Positions 41,520-52,289 are shown, numbered from the stretch's first letter. The stretch: 64,000 bases of DNA from Candidatus Brocadiia bacterium (GCA_046538485.1 JBKHIT010000016.1:18726-82725), one strand, 5' to 3'. Notes: generated by a model not told the origin, from the letters alone. Numbers and translations are program-made.

Positions 41520-42000
41520 CGTCCACGCTCGCAATCTCGCTGTTGGGGTGAAAAAACGACGAGATTGCTTCGCCCATCTTCCGGTGGGCTCGCAATGACC
41601 TGTGTGGCTGTCGGCGCCCCGGGGAATTTCCCAGAACCCACGCGGTCTCCACGTATCCGGGATGCCACGCACATGCAGGCCGTGATCGCCGAGCGCGTCC
41701 TGCCCTGAAGGGCAGTATATAACAGCCCAGGCCGGACGAGCCCGGCGGATTTGTTAACGAGCGGGGAATCAGTCATCAGTAACCGGTAATCAAGGTTTTG
41801 TCGTAACCAGTTAGCTGTATACCGATTACCGATCACCGAATACGCTTATTTTGGGACGAGGTACCCTGCAACAACCTTAATGTCGTCCACCGCGACTCGC
41901 GGTCGCCGCACTCCTACAGTTATCCTGTTGTGTAAATGACAAATGTACCCTATGCATTAGGGGATGCGCGGGGGGCTGCGCAGCCCCCCGCGGCAGCGAA
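41520..42000. repeat. Cluster of different REP-like palindromes
   Basis: GAGATTGCTTCG...CTCGCAATGAC (41561-41599), GCCCTGAAGGGC (41702), heptamer repeats (41767-41845), GTAG hairpin (41889-41916, minus strand), GGGGGGCTGCGCAGCCCCCC (~41970). Confidence 0.6.
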
Positions 42001-42297
42001 CATCTTCCGGACCCCCGGGTTGTCGGCAGCACCGGCCCGTGCGGTATCCCGCGCGCCAGCGGCGCGCTGTGGATCGCGGTATGTCAAAACGGACCGAGGG
42101 GGCGTTTTACTCACCGCTGTGTCGTTCTGCCTTACCTCATCTCTCCTTCTCTAAACGGAGAACGACAACAAAAGATACTCGCAGCCGTTTTTCAACGGCA
42201 ATTCGCCTTTGCCTTCTGCGCAACAGCAGCGCTAAAAGCCTGTGCCTCTCCACGGTATACTCAAATACCCGGTAGAAGATGCAGGCTGTACCGTTTC

Positions 42298-43611
42298 TTA
42301 TGTGACCGGTCTCTGCGTCTTCGCCGGATTGCGCGGGAACCAGTTCGTGGTATGGAGGCAGATCTTCACCAGCATCAGCATGACGGGGACCTCGATCAGC
42401 ACGCCCACCACCGTGGCGAGCGCGGCGCCGGACTGGAGTCCGAACAGCATGGCCGCGGTGGCCAGAGCGACCTCGAAGTGGTTCGATGCACCGATCATCG
42501 CCGCCGGGGCGGCGTCCTCATAGTCGAGTTTCAACAGCTTCGCCAGCCCGTAACCAATCCAGAAAATCACGTTTGTCTGGATGAACAGCGGTATGGCGAT
42601 GAGCAGTATGGCCTGTGGCGCTCTCACTATCCTGTCGCCCTGTAAGACGAAGATGAACACGAGGGTCAACAACAGCGCCGCCAAGGTTATTGGTGTCAGC
42701 AGGTGCAGGAATTTCTCCTCGAACCACTCCTTCCCTTTCGTTGCTATAATCCACTTGCGGGAGAAATATCCGGCCACCAGCGGCAGCGCCACATAGACGG
42801 ATATCGAGAGCAGCAACGCTCGCCAGGGCACGGGCAATCGCCCGACCCCCAGCAGAAACCCGCCGAGCGGTCCATAAAGCACGAGCATGGTCAACGAATT
42901 GATCGCCACCATCACAAGCGTCAGTCCGCCGCTGCCTTTGGCCAGATAACTCCAGACGAAAACCATCGCGGTGCAGGGAGCTATGCCCAGCAGTATGGCA
43001 CCGGCCAGGTAGCTGCGCCATTGGCGCACGGCCAGGCGTCGGGTGATGCCGTCCGGAAGTTCATCTCCCTCGCTGTAGTTGATCGCCTCCGGGTCCACTT
43101 CCTTTTCGTTCTCCACATCGTACAGGGCAATTCGCCCGTCACCAATCTCCGCACCGACCGGATCATCCATGCCCAACGGCACCCGGACGTATTCCATCGT
43201 GTCCTGCCCGATGAAACCGACAAAGATTGATCCGAGAAACACAGTGGCGATCAGGGCCATCGAAAAGGGCTTGATCGCCCAGTTGACAAAGAGAGTCAGG
43301 AGGACCGGTTTCACGTTTTTGCCGGCACGCACGACCTCACCGAAATCGATCTTCACCATGATCGGATAGATCATCAGGAAGAGGCATATGGCGATCGGTA
43401 TGGAAATTATCGGAGCACCGTCGACCGTTATGGACAGGCTGTCGAGGAACCCCGCCAGGCCGGGAGCAATACGGCCGATCAGTATGCCGGCCACTATGCA
43501 CAAAGCCACCCAGAGGGTGAGATATCGTTCGAATAACCCGAGTGCTTTTTCCTCACGTTCCTCCAGATCCTCGTTGTCCTCCACCTGTCTGTCCTCTTGT
43601 TTTTCAGTCAT
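42298..43611 (-). CDS. acr3: ACR3-family arsenite efflux transporter
   Basis: [46 protein letters not shown]. Confidence 0.95.
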   Translation of the reverse strand: MTEKQEDRQVEDNEDLEEREEKALGLFERYLTLWVALCIVAGILIGRIAPGLAGFLDSLSITVDGAPIISIPIAICLFLMIYPIMVKIDFGEVVRAGKNVKPVLLTLFVNWAIKPFSMALIATVFLGSIFVGFIGQDTMEYVRVPLGMDDPVGAEIGDGRIALYDVENEKEVDPEAINYSEGDELPDGITRRLAVRQWRSYLAGAILLGIAPCTAMVFVWSYLAKGSGGLTLVMVAINSLTMLVLYGPLGGFLLGVGRLPVPWRALLLSISVYVALPLVAGYFSRKWIIATKGKEWFEEKFLHLLTPITLAALLLTLVFIFVLQGDRIVRAPQAILLIAIPLFIQTNVIFWIGYGLAKLLKLDYEDAAPAAMIGASNHFEVALATAAMLFGLQSGAALATVVGVLIEVPVMLMLVKICLHTTNWFPRNPAKTQRPVT

Positions 43612-43743
43612 TGGTGATTCCTCAGTTCAGTCGACAGAGTTTATTGTCTGGGTTAGCCGATCAGGTGAACACTGTGACCTTATGAAATCGCCGTCAGACG
43701 TTCTCTGTCAGCGATGACAGATTACTGATCAGCCGCATTGGCC

Positions 43744-43789
43744 ATTTCGCCACATAACGAAGTATACTGTTTTACAATGACTCCGTCAA
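43744..43789 (-). promoter_or_regulatory. acr3 promoter and ArsR-type operator
   Basis: TTGACG-17-TATACT; IR ATTTCG-CCACATAA-CGAAGT. Confidence 0.8.
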
Positions 43790-44068
43790 AGAGCAACGGA
43801 ATTTGTGAACGGAATTATCCTGCTCCCCAGACCTGACTGGGCTCTGTCTGAGAATGCGGTCGTCGGACCGAGAGTGAGCGAATTTGCGGATGGTGCGGAC
43901 CCCGAAGCAAGCCTATCCAGTAGAGATAAGCGGAAACCGATATTTTCATTCATCCCCCGATGCAGGATGTTGACATATGTCAAGATGGTAGGTCGGGAGT
44001 GTGACCCTGAACCGAATATATCCCGCAGAACATGCCATCTCTCGCGCTCTTTGTTCTGAGATATTTCG

Positions 44069-46825
44069 TCAATTCGGTGTCACCGCATTTTCCACCGGAT
44101 CAGCAGTTCTGAGTCTCCGGATGACGGCTTTTTCAAGCTCGATCAACAGAAAAGTCGCCATACCCACACCCAGCGTTAGAAACCAGTGGCGAAGACGCAG
44201 CGCGGATGACCCAAAAAGCGTGTGCATGAAGGGAGCATGAACGAACATGATTTGCAAAACAGCGAGTGCTCCGATCGACACCCATGCGACCCTGTTCGAC
44301 AGGAGGCGGGTTATTGAGAGGCTGGATTTGTGCAGATATCGGCTGTTAAAAAGGTAAAACGCCTGACCGCATACGAGTGTGTTGACCGCAATCGTCTGGG
44401 CGAGCGCTTCCGAAATGCCAAAATGATATTTCCCCAGGGAAAAAATGGCGATCGTCGCCCCTCCTATCACCAGGGCGACAAAACCGATACGCCAGAGAAA
44501 CGTGATTCCGAGTATCGGCGCTCCGGGGTCGCGTGGGGGGCGCTGCATGAGACCCGGTTCCGCCGGTTCAAAAGCCAGTGCCAGTGCGAGGGTGACCGCC
44601 GTCACCAGGTTGACCCATAATATCTGCACAGGCGTCAGCGGCAGCGCAAGTCCAAATATGACGGCGGTCAGAATAACCAGAGACTCCGCACCATTGGTCG
44701 GCAAGATGAACAGGATTGCCTTGCGGAGGTTGTCATATATCGTGCGGCCTTCCTCTACTGCATGCTCAATCGAGGTGAAATTATCGTCCGCCAGCACGAT
44801 ATCAGCAGCCTCTTTCGTGGCCTCGGTTCCTTTCACCCCCATGGCGACTCCGACGTCGGCGCGTTTCAGTGCTGGAGCATCATTAACCCCGTCCCCGGTC
44901 ATGGCTATTACTTCGTTATTGGCCTGCAATGCTTTGATCAAACGTAATTTATGTTCGGGGCTGGTTCGGGCAAAAATATCGTTTTCGCGGGCCAGAATGC
45001 TCAGTTCTTCATCGGACACATCCTCTATTTCCCCCCCGGTGACCGCATTTGCACCGTCACCGATCCCCATCTCAGCCCCGATAGCCGCTGCCGTGCCCGA
45101 GTGGTCGCCGGTGATGATTTTCACTCGAATCCCGGCCTGATGACACATTTTTATCGCCTCGATGGCCTCCGGCCGGGGCGGGTCTATAATCCCAACGATG
45201 CCGATGAAAACCATTTCGTTGCTCAAATCCTCAAAATCAAGGGTCTCCTTCGCATCCGCCGTAACGCGCGAGGCGGCGGCCAGCACTCTGAATCCACTTT
45301 TTCCGAGCTTCTCGACCTCCTCCTCCCAAAAACCTTTATCGAGCGGTTCCACGGCGTCGTCATTGCCATATTCAAACTCACAGCATTCCAGCAGTCGATC
45401 GGGAGCTCCTTTGAACAATATGCGATTGTCCCCGTCCGGGCTCCGATTAAGTGTGGCCATGAACTTGTTTTCCGACTCAAACGGAATCGCGTCGAGACGT
45501 TCGTATCCCGAATCGTCAAATTCTGCTTTCCTTGCCAGAGTTCGCAAAGCCCCCTCGGTGGGTTCTCCGGTGACCCGCCAGCGTCCTTCGTCCTGTGTAA
45601 TGTCGGAGTCGTTGCACACGGCCATCACCTCAATAAGCCTGTGCAAATCCTGACACTGTTCCCGCGACACCGCTTCCGCTTCTTCGGTTCTGACAATGCG
45701 CCCTTCTGGAGAGTAACCGGTGCCTTCGGCTTCAAAAACATTATGACGTGTGACGGCATACCTGACCGTCATTTCATTTTTGGTGAGCGTACCGGTTTTG
45801 TCGGAACATATAGTGGTCACAGAACCCAGGGTTTCCACCGCATTCAGTTTGCGGGTTATCGCATTCCGGCGCGCCATACGCTGCACGCCCAGCGCAAGGG
45901 TTATTGTCAGGATAGCGGGGAGCCCCTCCGGTATGGCTGCCACGGCAAACCCTATAGCGGCCATAAAAAGCTCCGCAGCTGCCATACCATGCAGAATCCA
46001 CCCGATGAAGCCCATAACCGCCGCCATCCCCAGAATGACAATTGAAAGAACTTTTCCAAACCGATTCATCTGACGGGTAAGCGGGGTGGCTATCTTTTCA
46101 ACTTCCGAGATCATCGTGTTAATCTGACCGATCTGGGTAGCGGCTCCTGTCGCCACCACGACACCGGTCCCGCGTCCTGCCGAAACCATCGATCCGGAAA
46201 ACGCCATACCGGTTCTATCGCCCACGCCCGCATCTTCTGGAGTGGTCTCGGTATCTTTTGTGACGGGGACGGATTCACCCGTGAGGGCGGATTCTTCAAT
46301 CCGGAGATTCGACGTATCCATCAACCGCACATCGGCAGGCACCCGGTCACCGGAGCGGAGTCGCACGATATCGCCGGGAACAAGACGTTCCGCTTCGATT
46401 TCGGCCCATTCTCCGTTGCGTAGCGCGTGTGCATGCAATGACAGCAGTTTGCGAATGCCCGCCAGGGCGCGTTCGGCTTTGCCTTCCTGAACAAAGCCTA
46501 TTGTCGCATTTATGACGACCACACTCAGAATGACGGCTGTATCGATCCAGTGCCCCAGTATGGCCGTGATTATTGACGCCACTATCAAAATGTAGATCAG
46601 AAGATCATTGAAATGTTTGAAAAACCGTTTGAGCACCCCCTCCGTCTCGCCGGCGGGGAGTCTGTTTGGGCCGAAGGTGTCGAGCCTTTGCTCTGCGTCT
46701 TCGGATGCCAGGCCGTCTTTCTCCGAATCCAGAAGATCAAGGATCTGTTCAATAGGCTTTGAATGTGGATTGTCTATTTGCTTCTTGAACTCGGAAGTTG
46801 TCACGGGTATATGGCTCCTGTCCAT
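44069..46825 (-). CDS. Cation-transporting P-type ATPase (type II, Ca2+-like)
   Basis: [30 protein letters not shown]. Confidence 0.93.
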   Translation of the reverse strand: MDRSHIPVTTSEFKKQIDNPHSKPIEQILDLLDSEKDGLASEDAEQRLDTFGPNRLPAGETEGVLKRFFKHFNDLLIYILIVASIITAILGHWIDTAVILSVVVINATIGFVQEGKAERALAGIRKLLSLHAHALRNGEWAEIEAERLVPGDIVRLRSGDRVPADVRLMDTSNLRIEESALTGESVPVTKDTETTPEDAGVGDRTGMAFSGSMVSAGRGTGVVVATGAATQIGQINTMISEVEKIATPLTRQMNRFGKVLSIVILGMAAVMGFIGWILHGMAAAELFMAAIGFAVAAIPEGLPAILTITLALGVQRMARRNAITRKLNAVETLGSVTTICSDKTGTLTKNEMTVRYAVTRHNVFEAEGTGYSPEGRIVRTEEAEAVSREQCQDLHRLIEVMAVCNDSDITQDEGRWRVTGEPTEGALRTLARKAEFDDSGYERLDAIPFESENKFMATLNRSPDGDNRILFKGAPDRLLECCEFEYGNDDAVEPLDKGFWEEEVEKLGKSGFRVLAAASRVTADAKETLDFEDLSNEMVFIGIVGIIDPPRPEAIEAIKMCHQAGIRVKIITGDHSGTAAAIGAEMGIGDGANAVTGGEIEDVSDEELSILARENDIFARTSPEHKLRLIKALQANNEVIAMTGDGVNDAPALKRADVGVAMGVKGTEATKEAADIVLADDNFTSIEHAVEEGRTIYDNLRKAILFILPTNGAESLVILTAVIFGLALPLTPVQILWVNLVTAVTLALALAFEPAEPGLMQRPPRDPGAPILGITFLWRIGFVALVIGGATIAIFSLGKYHFGISEALAQTIAVNTLVCGQAFYLFNSRYLHKSSLSITRLLSNRVAWVSIGALAVLQIMFVHAPFMHTLFGSSALRLRHWFLTLGVGMATFLLIELEKAVIRRLRTADPVENAVTPN

Positions 46826-47054
46826 GTTTAAAGACGATTCCAGGTGGCAAACATCCCACCTTCCTCTTTATGGGGCGGGAAACCATCTTTAGCCCAGAAG
46901 AGGAGATCGAGAGAGGCAGGTGCATGATATCAGAAGAGTGTTCCCCTTTGAAAAGTATGTTGTTCGACAGATCTCCACATAGAGCTTTGCCCCCGGTAAC
47001 GGATGGCTGTCCACCTCCGTGACATGGCATTTTTCCCGGACAGATTAGCGCCGG

Positions 47055-47360
47055 AACGACTTATTTTCACCACAGAGCACACAGAGAGCACGGAGAACAG
47101 CAGGAGAACGGCACTTTGTTGGGATTAAACGGCATGACAGCGTAACGGCGTGTTCCATCACAAGGAAACACAGATCACAGGGCAAGGTAAGGCAACAGCG
47201 AACGGCCGACAAAGTGCGCGAGAAAGTTAGCGACGAAGATGGGCCATCACCGACGCCGGCCGTTCTTCATGCTCTTCGTGTCCTTCGTGGTAGAAATAAG
47301 CCGTTGCCGTAATGCTGTTTGCCCTCCTCCGTGCCCCCGTGCTCTCCGTGTGAGAATAAA
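47055..47360. repeat. Inverted 9-bp-periodic repeat elements (AACGGC...CACCAC-nonamers)
   Basis: CACAGAGCA/CACAGAGAG/CACGGAG at 47071; inverted copies at 47259-47305 and 47327-47360; near-identical copy at 63768-63815. Confidence 0.7.
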
Positions 47361-47383
47361 AAGAAACACATCCCCCCGAATAT

Positions 47384-47748
47384 CTATCTCGTAGCGATGA
47401 GCCGAACCTGTTTGACCTTTGCATCGGCCAGGGCCGCCTTCAGATCTGCGATCTGTTCCTTCAGCTTCTTCTTCTCGTCTCTGTCCTCTACCGTTTCCAC
47501 CTTCACAACCTTTCCAAGGAGATGATTCTTGCCGTATTTCTTCAGCCAGTTGGCAACCGTCGACCCGCCGCCAATGCCGTACTTCCGGCGGGCCTCGGCC
47601 ATGCTGCTGAGTTTACCAGACTCCAGTTCCGAAACAACCTTCAGCTTGAATGCTTCACTATAACGAACTACCTTATTTCCCATCGTCTTCGTCCTTTCGG
47701 TTGCAGTTACTCACTGATTACACTGTCAACCTATAGCAGGACGGGACA
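47384..47748 (-). mobile_element. IS3-family remnant: left IR plus truncated orfA, no orfB
   Basis: IRL TGTCCCGTCCTGCTATAGGTTGACA (47748-47724); orfA 47683-47384 'RYSEAFKLKVV...YGIGGGSTVANWLKKYG'. Confidence 0.85.
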
Positions 47749-47780
47749 GCGATTACGGTGCCCTTTCAACCGATCACTGA

Positions 47781-48590
47781 TCACCCGCTTCTTTGCGGTC
47801 TCCGTGAGGGTTTCAGAGCCCTGATTATTGCCGACACAACGTAGCCTTCAGCGCCGGGAACCCACTGCTCATAATTTCTTCTGGTGTGCATGTTCGGCTC
47901 CACTTTTATTTCGTCGAACCCGATTTCAGTCAGCCACATTTTGATTTTTCCCATCGGTGCGGCTCCCCCCACGCAGCCACACAGCATGTTCGGGTTATTT
48001 TTTATCTCCTCCGGCATCTCCTCTGAGGCCACTATGTCGGAGATGACCATTCTGCCACCTGGTTTGAGAACGCGATATGTTTCCTCATAAACGGTTTTCT
48101 TCTCGGACGACAGGTTGATCACACAGTTTGATATCACGACGTCAACCGCACCATCGGTAATCGGCAGATTCTCTATCTCACCTGAAATGAACTCAACATT
48201 ATCAAACCCGCCGCTTTCGGCATTCCGGGTTGCTTTCTCAACCATCTCGGGTGTCATGTCCACCCCCAGGACTTGCCCCGTATCGCCGACCTCCCGTGCG
48301 GCCAGGAAACAGTCTATGCCGCCACCCGAACCCAGATCTAATACAATCTCTCCCGCCTCTAAATTTGCATGAGCGACAGGATGACCTGATCCCAGCCCCA
48401 TATCGGCTCCCGCTGGGAGATCTTTCAACTCCGAAACAGAGTAGCCGAGCCGCGTTGATCTGCTGTCGGTTTGACCGGTATCCTCGCTGCAGCATGAACC
48501 AGTGTCTTCGCAGCGGCTTGTTCTGCTGTTGCGACGGGCTATGTCCGCGTATCTTTTTTGAACTGTCTTTTTCAGTTCCTGTTCAGTCAT
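47781..48590 (-). CDS. arsM: Arsenite S-adenosylmethionine methyltransferase
   Basis: N-terminal CC, LGYS, VLDLGSGGGID, GVDMTPEM, ISNCVINL, CGCVGGA; GGAGG RBS. Confidence 0.93.
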   Translation of the reverse strand: MTEQELKKTVQKRYADIARRNSRTSRCEDTGSCCSEDTGQTDSRSTRLGYSVSELKDLPAGADMGLGSGHPVAHANLEAGEIVLDLGSGGGIDCFLAAREVGDTGQVLGVDMTPEMVEKATRNAESGGFDNVEFISGEIENLPITDGAVDVVISNCVINLSSEKKTVYEETYRVLKPGGRMVISDIVASEEMPEEIKNNPNMLCGCVGGAAPMGKIKMWLTEIGFDEIKVEPNMHTRRNYEQWVPGAEGYVVSAIIRALKPSRRPQRSG

Positions 48591-48627
48591 TTCTACAACC
48601 TCCGTTTGAGAACTTATCCAAAGCCGC

Positions 48628-49080
48628 TTACTTCTCTTCCCCGTACAAACAGTCCGGCATTTTTTCGACATACCGACGGATCTGGTCGCGCACCTCCCGG
48701 TAGCATTCCAGCTTCTCCTGCTCGGTATCGGCCTTTTCCGCCAGCCGGGGCGGATCCTCAAAACCCTGATGCACCACCGTGGCGTCGCCGGGAAACAACG
48801 GGCACGCCTCGCGGGCGTGATCGCAGACGGTCACCACGTAGTCGAATTCCACGTCTTTCAGTTCATCCACGTGTTTTGAGCGGTGTCCGGAGATATCCAC
48901 CCCCGCCTCCTCCATCACTTTCACGGCGTTGGGGTTCAGCCCGTGGGTCTCCACACCGGCCGAGTAGGGCTCGATCCGGTCGCCTCTGAGGTGACGGACC
49001 CATCCCTCCGCCATCTGGCTGCGGCAGGAGTTGCCCGTGCACAAAAACAGCACCTTCAGTTTTCGTTCTGCATCCTGCAT
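48628..49080 (-). CDS. arsC: Thioredoxin-coupled arsenate reductase, copy 2
   Basis: Same motifs as copy 1 and a nearly identical protein. Confidence 0.95.
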   Translation of the reverse strand: MQDAERKLKVLFLCTGNSCRSQMAEGWVRHLRGDRIEPYSAGVETHGLNPNAVKVMEEAGVDISGHRSKHVDELKDVEFDYVVTVCDHAREACPLFPGDATVVHQGFEDPPRLAEKADTEQEKLECYREVRDQIRRYVEKMPDCLYGEEK

Positions 49081-49448
49081 AATTCCTCCGGATCCGTCTC
49101 GAGTATTTCTTCCAACCGATCCCTGTCATCCGTCCCCTGCCGGGTATCACGCATGTAGGTCGTTGCCCACTCAAGAGCGTCATTGACTGCGGGCGATTTC
49201 GCCGGGTCGGGCAACCGATAATACACCCATCGCCCCCGTTTTTGGCTGACCACGAGCCCGGCCTTTCGCAGAATACTCATGTGTTTCGATACCGTGGAGG
49301 GTGCCAGCTGGAGCAACTCCACAATCTGACACACGCACAGCTCGCGGCCCTCGAGGGCATAGAGAGCACGTATACGGCTCCTGTGAGCAAGAGCTTTCGC
49401 CATCTGAACGAGGTCGGAAGCATCATGTTGTTTTTGATATTTCGTCAT
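49056..49448 (-). CDS. arsR: ArsR/SmtB repressor, copy 2
   Basis: ELCVCQI, HTH; N-terminal half identical to copy 1. Confidence 0.92.
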   Translation of the reverse strand: MTKYQKQHDASDLVQMAKALAHRSRIRALYALEGRELCVCQIVELLQLAPSTVSKHMSILRKAGLVVSQKRGRWVYYRLPDPAKSPAVNDALEWATTYMRDTRQGTDDRDRLEEILETDPEELCRMQNEN

Positions 49449-49484
49449 ATAACGAAGTATAGGCTGTTGTAATTGCGTCGTCAA
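49439..49484 (-). promoter_or_regulatory. Sigma70 promoter with ArsR-type operator (copy 2)
   Basis: TTGACG-17-TATACT; ATTTCG-TCATATAA-CGAAGT. Confidence 0.8.
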
Positions 49485-49532
49485 GAAGGAAGCACGGGTG
49501 GAAGGGATGAGGGGAAACGCAAATCTTCACCT

Positions 49533-50231
49533 TCATGCAGTATACACCAGATACAGACCGCCCAGGATGACCAGGACGCCGCAGATTTTTTTCAGGATCA
49601 CTGCGCCCTTCGAGCGTTCGTTCCAGTCCAGATAGCCCTGCACCAGTTCCGTGGAAGTGCCGGCCGCCACGATCACCGAGCAGTGTCCCACCCCATAGAG
49701 CAGAAGCAAGAGGCCGCCGAACACCGGATTTGTGCCGCCGGTGTGGAAGACCACCCCCAGCATCGGCGCCATGTAGGCAAACGTGCAGGGGCCCAGCGCT
49801 ATGCCAAAGACGAGCCCCAGGATCAGGGCTGCCAGCATTCCCCTGCGCTTCATGCCGACCTGGCCCGGTCCGGACCAGGGCATGGGTATCACCTCGAGCA
49901 AGTGGAGGCCGACAACGAAAAATATGACGGAAACAGCATAGTTCCCCCAGACTCCTACATCGCCCATCATCCGTCCCGCCGCCGCAGTGACCGCACCGAT
50001 GGCGGCGATGGTTGCCAGTATACCGGCCGAGAAGACCGTTGAGATGAGGAAGGCTCTCTTTGTCGACATATTGCCCTGTTCATCAATGAACCCCACGATC
50101 AGCGGGATACTGGCCAGGTGGCAGGGGCTGAGCACGATGCTGAGGATGCCCCACAGCAGGGATGCCCCCAGTGCTACGGCGGGCGTTCCGTGCACCGCTT
50201 CGGTGAGATGGGTGAACAGATATTCAAGCAT
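49533..50231 (-). CDS. CcdA/DsbD-beta transmembrane electron transporter
   Basis: Redox cysteines in SPCHLASIP and GPCTFAY; about 6 TM; coupled to the upstream thioredoxin gene. Confidence 0.9.
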   Translation of the reverse strand: MLEYLFTHLTEAVHGTPAVALGASLLWGILSIVLSPCHLASIPLIVGFIDEQGNMSTKRAFLISTVFSAGILATIAAIGAVTAAAGRMMGDVGVWGNYAVSVIFFVVGLHLLEVIPMPWSGPGQVGMKRRGMLAALILGLVFGIALGPCTFAYMAPMLGVVFHTGGTNPVFGGLLLLLYGVGHCSVIVAAGTSTELVQGYLDWNERSKGAVILKKICGVLVILGGLYLVYTA

Positions 50232-51313
50232 CACTCCACTCCCATTTCTTTGAGCTGCTCGGTGATAGCCTCCCGCCCCATGAAACCCTGATGGCGGTCA
50301 ACCTCATTGCCCTCGGCGTCGTAGAAAATCTGCGTGGGAATGGCCCGCACTCCGACCCGCTGGGTGATGGCCGGATACTGGTCGGTCTGAATGATCAATA
50401 TCTCCGCACGGCCTTTGTATTGGTCTTTCAGATCATCTAGGATGGGCTTCATCTTCTTACAGGGGATACAGGAATCCCGCCCAAAATCAGCAAGCACCGG
50501 CACATCTTTTGCCAGAGCCCTGTCCAGCGGATTATTCGCCGCAAGAGCCTTCTGCGCCTCGATCCACTCCTCGTTCCGGTTAATGGTGGCATCCTCCCGC
50601 AATCTGGAGAGGTAGGTCTGGATGGCTGTATTCTGCTTCTCCTGCCGGACGTACGACCGCAAGGAATCTTTTATGTCCTCGAAATCCCGATCACCCGACA
50701 ACTCGGCCTTATGTTTCTCGTAAAAGGCTCTTACCTCTTCATCGGTTATCTCAATGTCTCCCAGGACTTCGCGCTGGAGCAAAGCATCGATGAGAACATG
50801 CTTCTCATGTCCGGGATGGGACTCGTGTGCTTCCATACCATCCTGATATTCCTCCGTCTCGGTGATGTCTTCTGTGCGCGCTTTCTGGAGCAGCAGTTTT
50901 TCCGAGACTAATTGGTCCAGCAGCCCGTGCCGGTTGTTTTTGAAAGCGGACTGATGCTGTTGAGGCAGTTGTTCCAGTGCGTCTTCCAGTTCAGCCAGCG
51001 TTATCTCCTCCCCGTTGACGGTGGCGAGAACCGCTTCCGGAGGGAACGTTTTCTGCTCCGGGCCGTCTTCGGCGTTGTCGCCGCTGTTTTCGACCTTGCC
51101 GCCTATCTGTCCCGGGGCGACCTCCTGTTTGCCAGACTCCCCCTGTTTTCCGGCAACGATGCCGATCACGGCAGCAACCAGCAGCAGCACTACAGCCACC
51201 TTCCACCAGATCCGACACAGGAGGCAGCGGCCTCCCTCCTTACTTTCGTCTGATTCCACAGGTGATTCGAAGATACTCTCTGAGCTCTGTTCCTGTTGTT
51301 CTTCTCGAGTCAT
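50231..51313 (-). CDS. Membrane-anchored SurA/PrsA-N-like plus thioredoxin fusion
   Basis: TM; 'LATVNGEEIT', 'LLDQLVSEKLLLQKA', 'ITDEEVRAFYE'; C-terminal 'DFGRDSCIPCKKM...IPTQIF'. Confidence 0.85.
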   Translation of the reverse strand: MTREEQQEQSSESIFESPVESDESKEGGRCLLCRIWWKVAVVLLLVAAVIGIVAGKQGESGKQEVAPGQIGGKVENSGDNAEDGPEQKTFPPEAVLATVNGEEITLAELEDALEQLPQQHQSAFKNNRHGLLDQLVSEKLLLQKARTEDITETEEYQDGMEAHESHPGHEKHVLIDALLQREVLGDIEITDEEVRAFYEKHKAELSGDRDFEDIKDSLRSYVRQEKQNTAIQTYLSRLREDATINRNEEWIEAQKALAANNPLDRALAKDVPVLADFGRDSCIPCKKMKPILDDLKDQYKGRAEILIIQTDQYPAITQRVGVRAIPTQIFYDAEGNEVDRHQGFMGREAITEQLKEMGVE

Positions 51314-51456
51314 ATGCAACCTTCCTGTTAAACGGATAACGATCAGTATTCCGGCTGCTACAAGCAACCAGAGTGCAATATTTCCCTCTCCCTGTTCACA
51401 CAGGGTACGCGTTTAGCGTGTCGAGTGCCGTTCCAAAAAAGGCCCGTAGGGCCGGA

Positions 51457-51673
51457 GCAGACGTAGCCCCGGGCGATCCCGGGCTCTTCGGGGGAGCCCG
51501 GGGTTAGCGGTTCGGGTAACGTGCCGGCGGAACGCGCGAACAGTGTTCGGCGCGGCAAGCTTGCGGCGCTCGCCTCCGGCGAGGCGATCCGCCTCCTTCG
51601 GCGGCTTCCCAATGCTAACCCGGGGCTCGTTCGGCCAAAACAGCGGCCTCATTTCGCCCCGGGCTACGTCTGC
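51457..51673. repeat. Nested inverted-repeat (MITE/REPIN-like) element
   Basis: 20-bp IR 51457-51476/51654-51673 and 15-bp IR 51494-51508/51614-51628, each with one mismatch; contains GTAG motifs. Confidence 0.75.
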
Positions 51674-51750
51674 CACGCCCGCTCCGCGGGCTTACCGACA
51701 GCACCAGCGCTAAACGCACATACCACACAGGCAACGGGGCCCGTGGTTCA

Positions 51751-51981
51751 TCATTGTCGGTCCGCACAATCATCCGGGGGACCGGTTGGACGCAGCTCCT
51801 CGCCGGTACCCCATTCAAAGACAGGTCGGCAGTGATGGCGGTTCAACACCTTATCCACGCGCGGCTTTACTACTTCGCGCAGGAACTGCATGGCCGACCC
51901 AGCATCTTCGTCCAGCAGGGCCTGTTCGAGGTGCTGGATGTCTTCCTCACCCAGCGTGATGGTTGCTTTCCTCTCCGGCAT
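51751..51981 (-). CDS. Small hypothetical protein
   Basis: AAGGAG RBS; 76 aa; same strand as the flanking operon genes. Confidence 0.65.
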   Translation of the reverse strand: MPERKATITLGEEDIQHLEQALLDEDAGSAMQFLREVVKPRVDKVLNRHHCRPVFEWGTGEELRPTGPPDDCADRQ

Positions 51982-52017
51982 GCTCAAGCTCCTTACGCCT
52001 CGTGAGGCAGACGGCGT

Positions 52018-52248
52018 TCAGGACAAAAGTTCCTTTATGTCCTGGACTCCGGCGACTTTACCGGTAACCTTCACCTCGCCATCCACGGCAAGGGCGGGGG
52101 TCATCATCACGCCGAACTCCATGATTTCGTTCACGTCCGTGACTTTTTCGATCTCGCAATCAATGCCGAGTTCTTCCGCGGCGGCCTCGGCGTTTTTGGT
52201 CAGTTTCTTGCATTTCGGGCATCCGGTGCCCAGTATCTGCACCTTCAT
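52018..52248 (-). CDS. Small thioredoxin-fold redox-active disulfide protein (MTH895/Thioredoxin_3-like)
   Basis: ILGTGCPKC, GVMMTPALAVDG; AGGAGG RBS. Confidence 0.92.
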   Translation of the reverse strand: MKVQILGTGCPKCKKLTKNAEAAAEELGIDCEIEKVTDVNEIMEFGVMMTPALAVDGEVKVTGKVAGVQDIKELLS

Positions 52249-52289
52249 TGTCGACCTCCTTGTTATGTAATTAGAAATCTCTGTGTTCT

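Noticed and set aside
48591..48761. N-terminal extension of ArsM (likewise the macrodomain to 59405 and FolD to 30002)
   Set aside because: The extensions overlap upstream genes, and the internal ATGs have better RBSs or match the family start.
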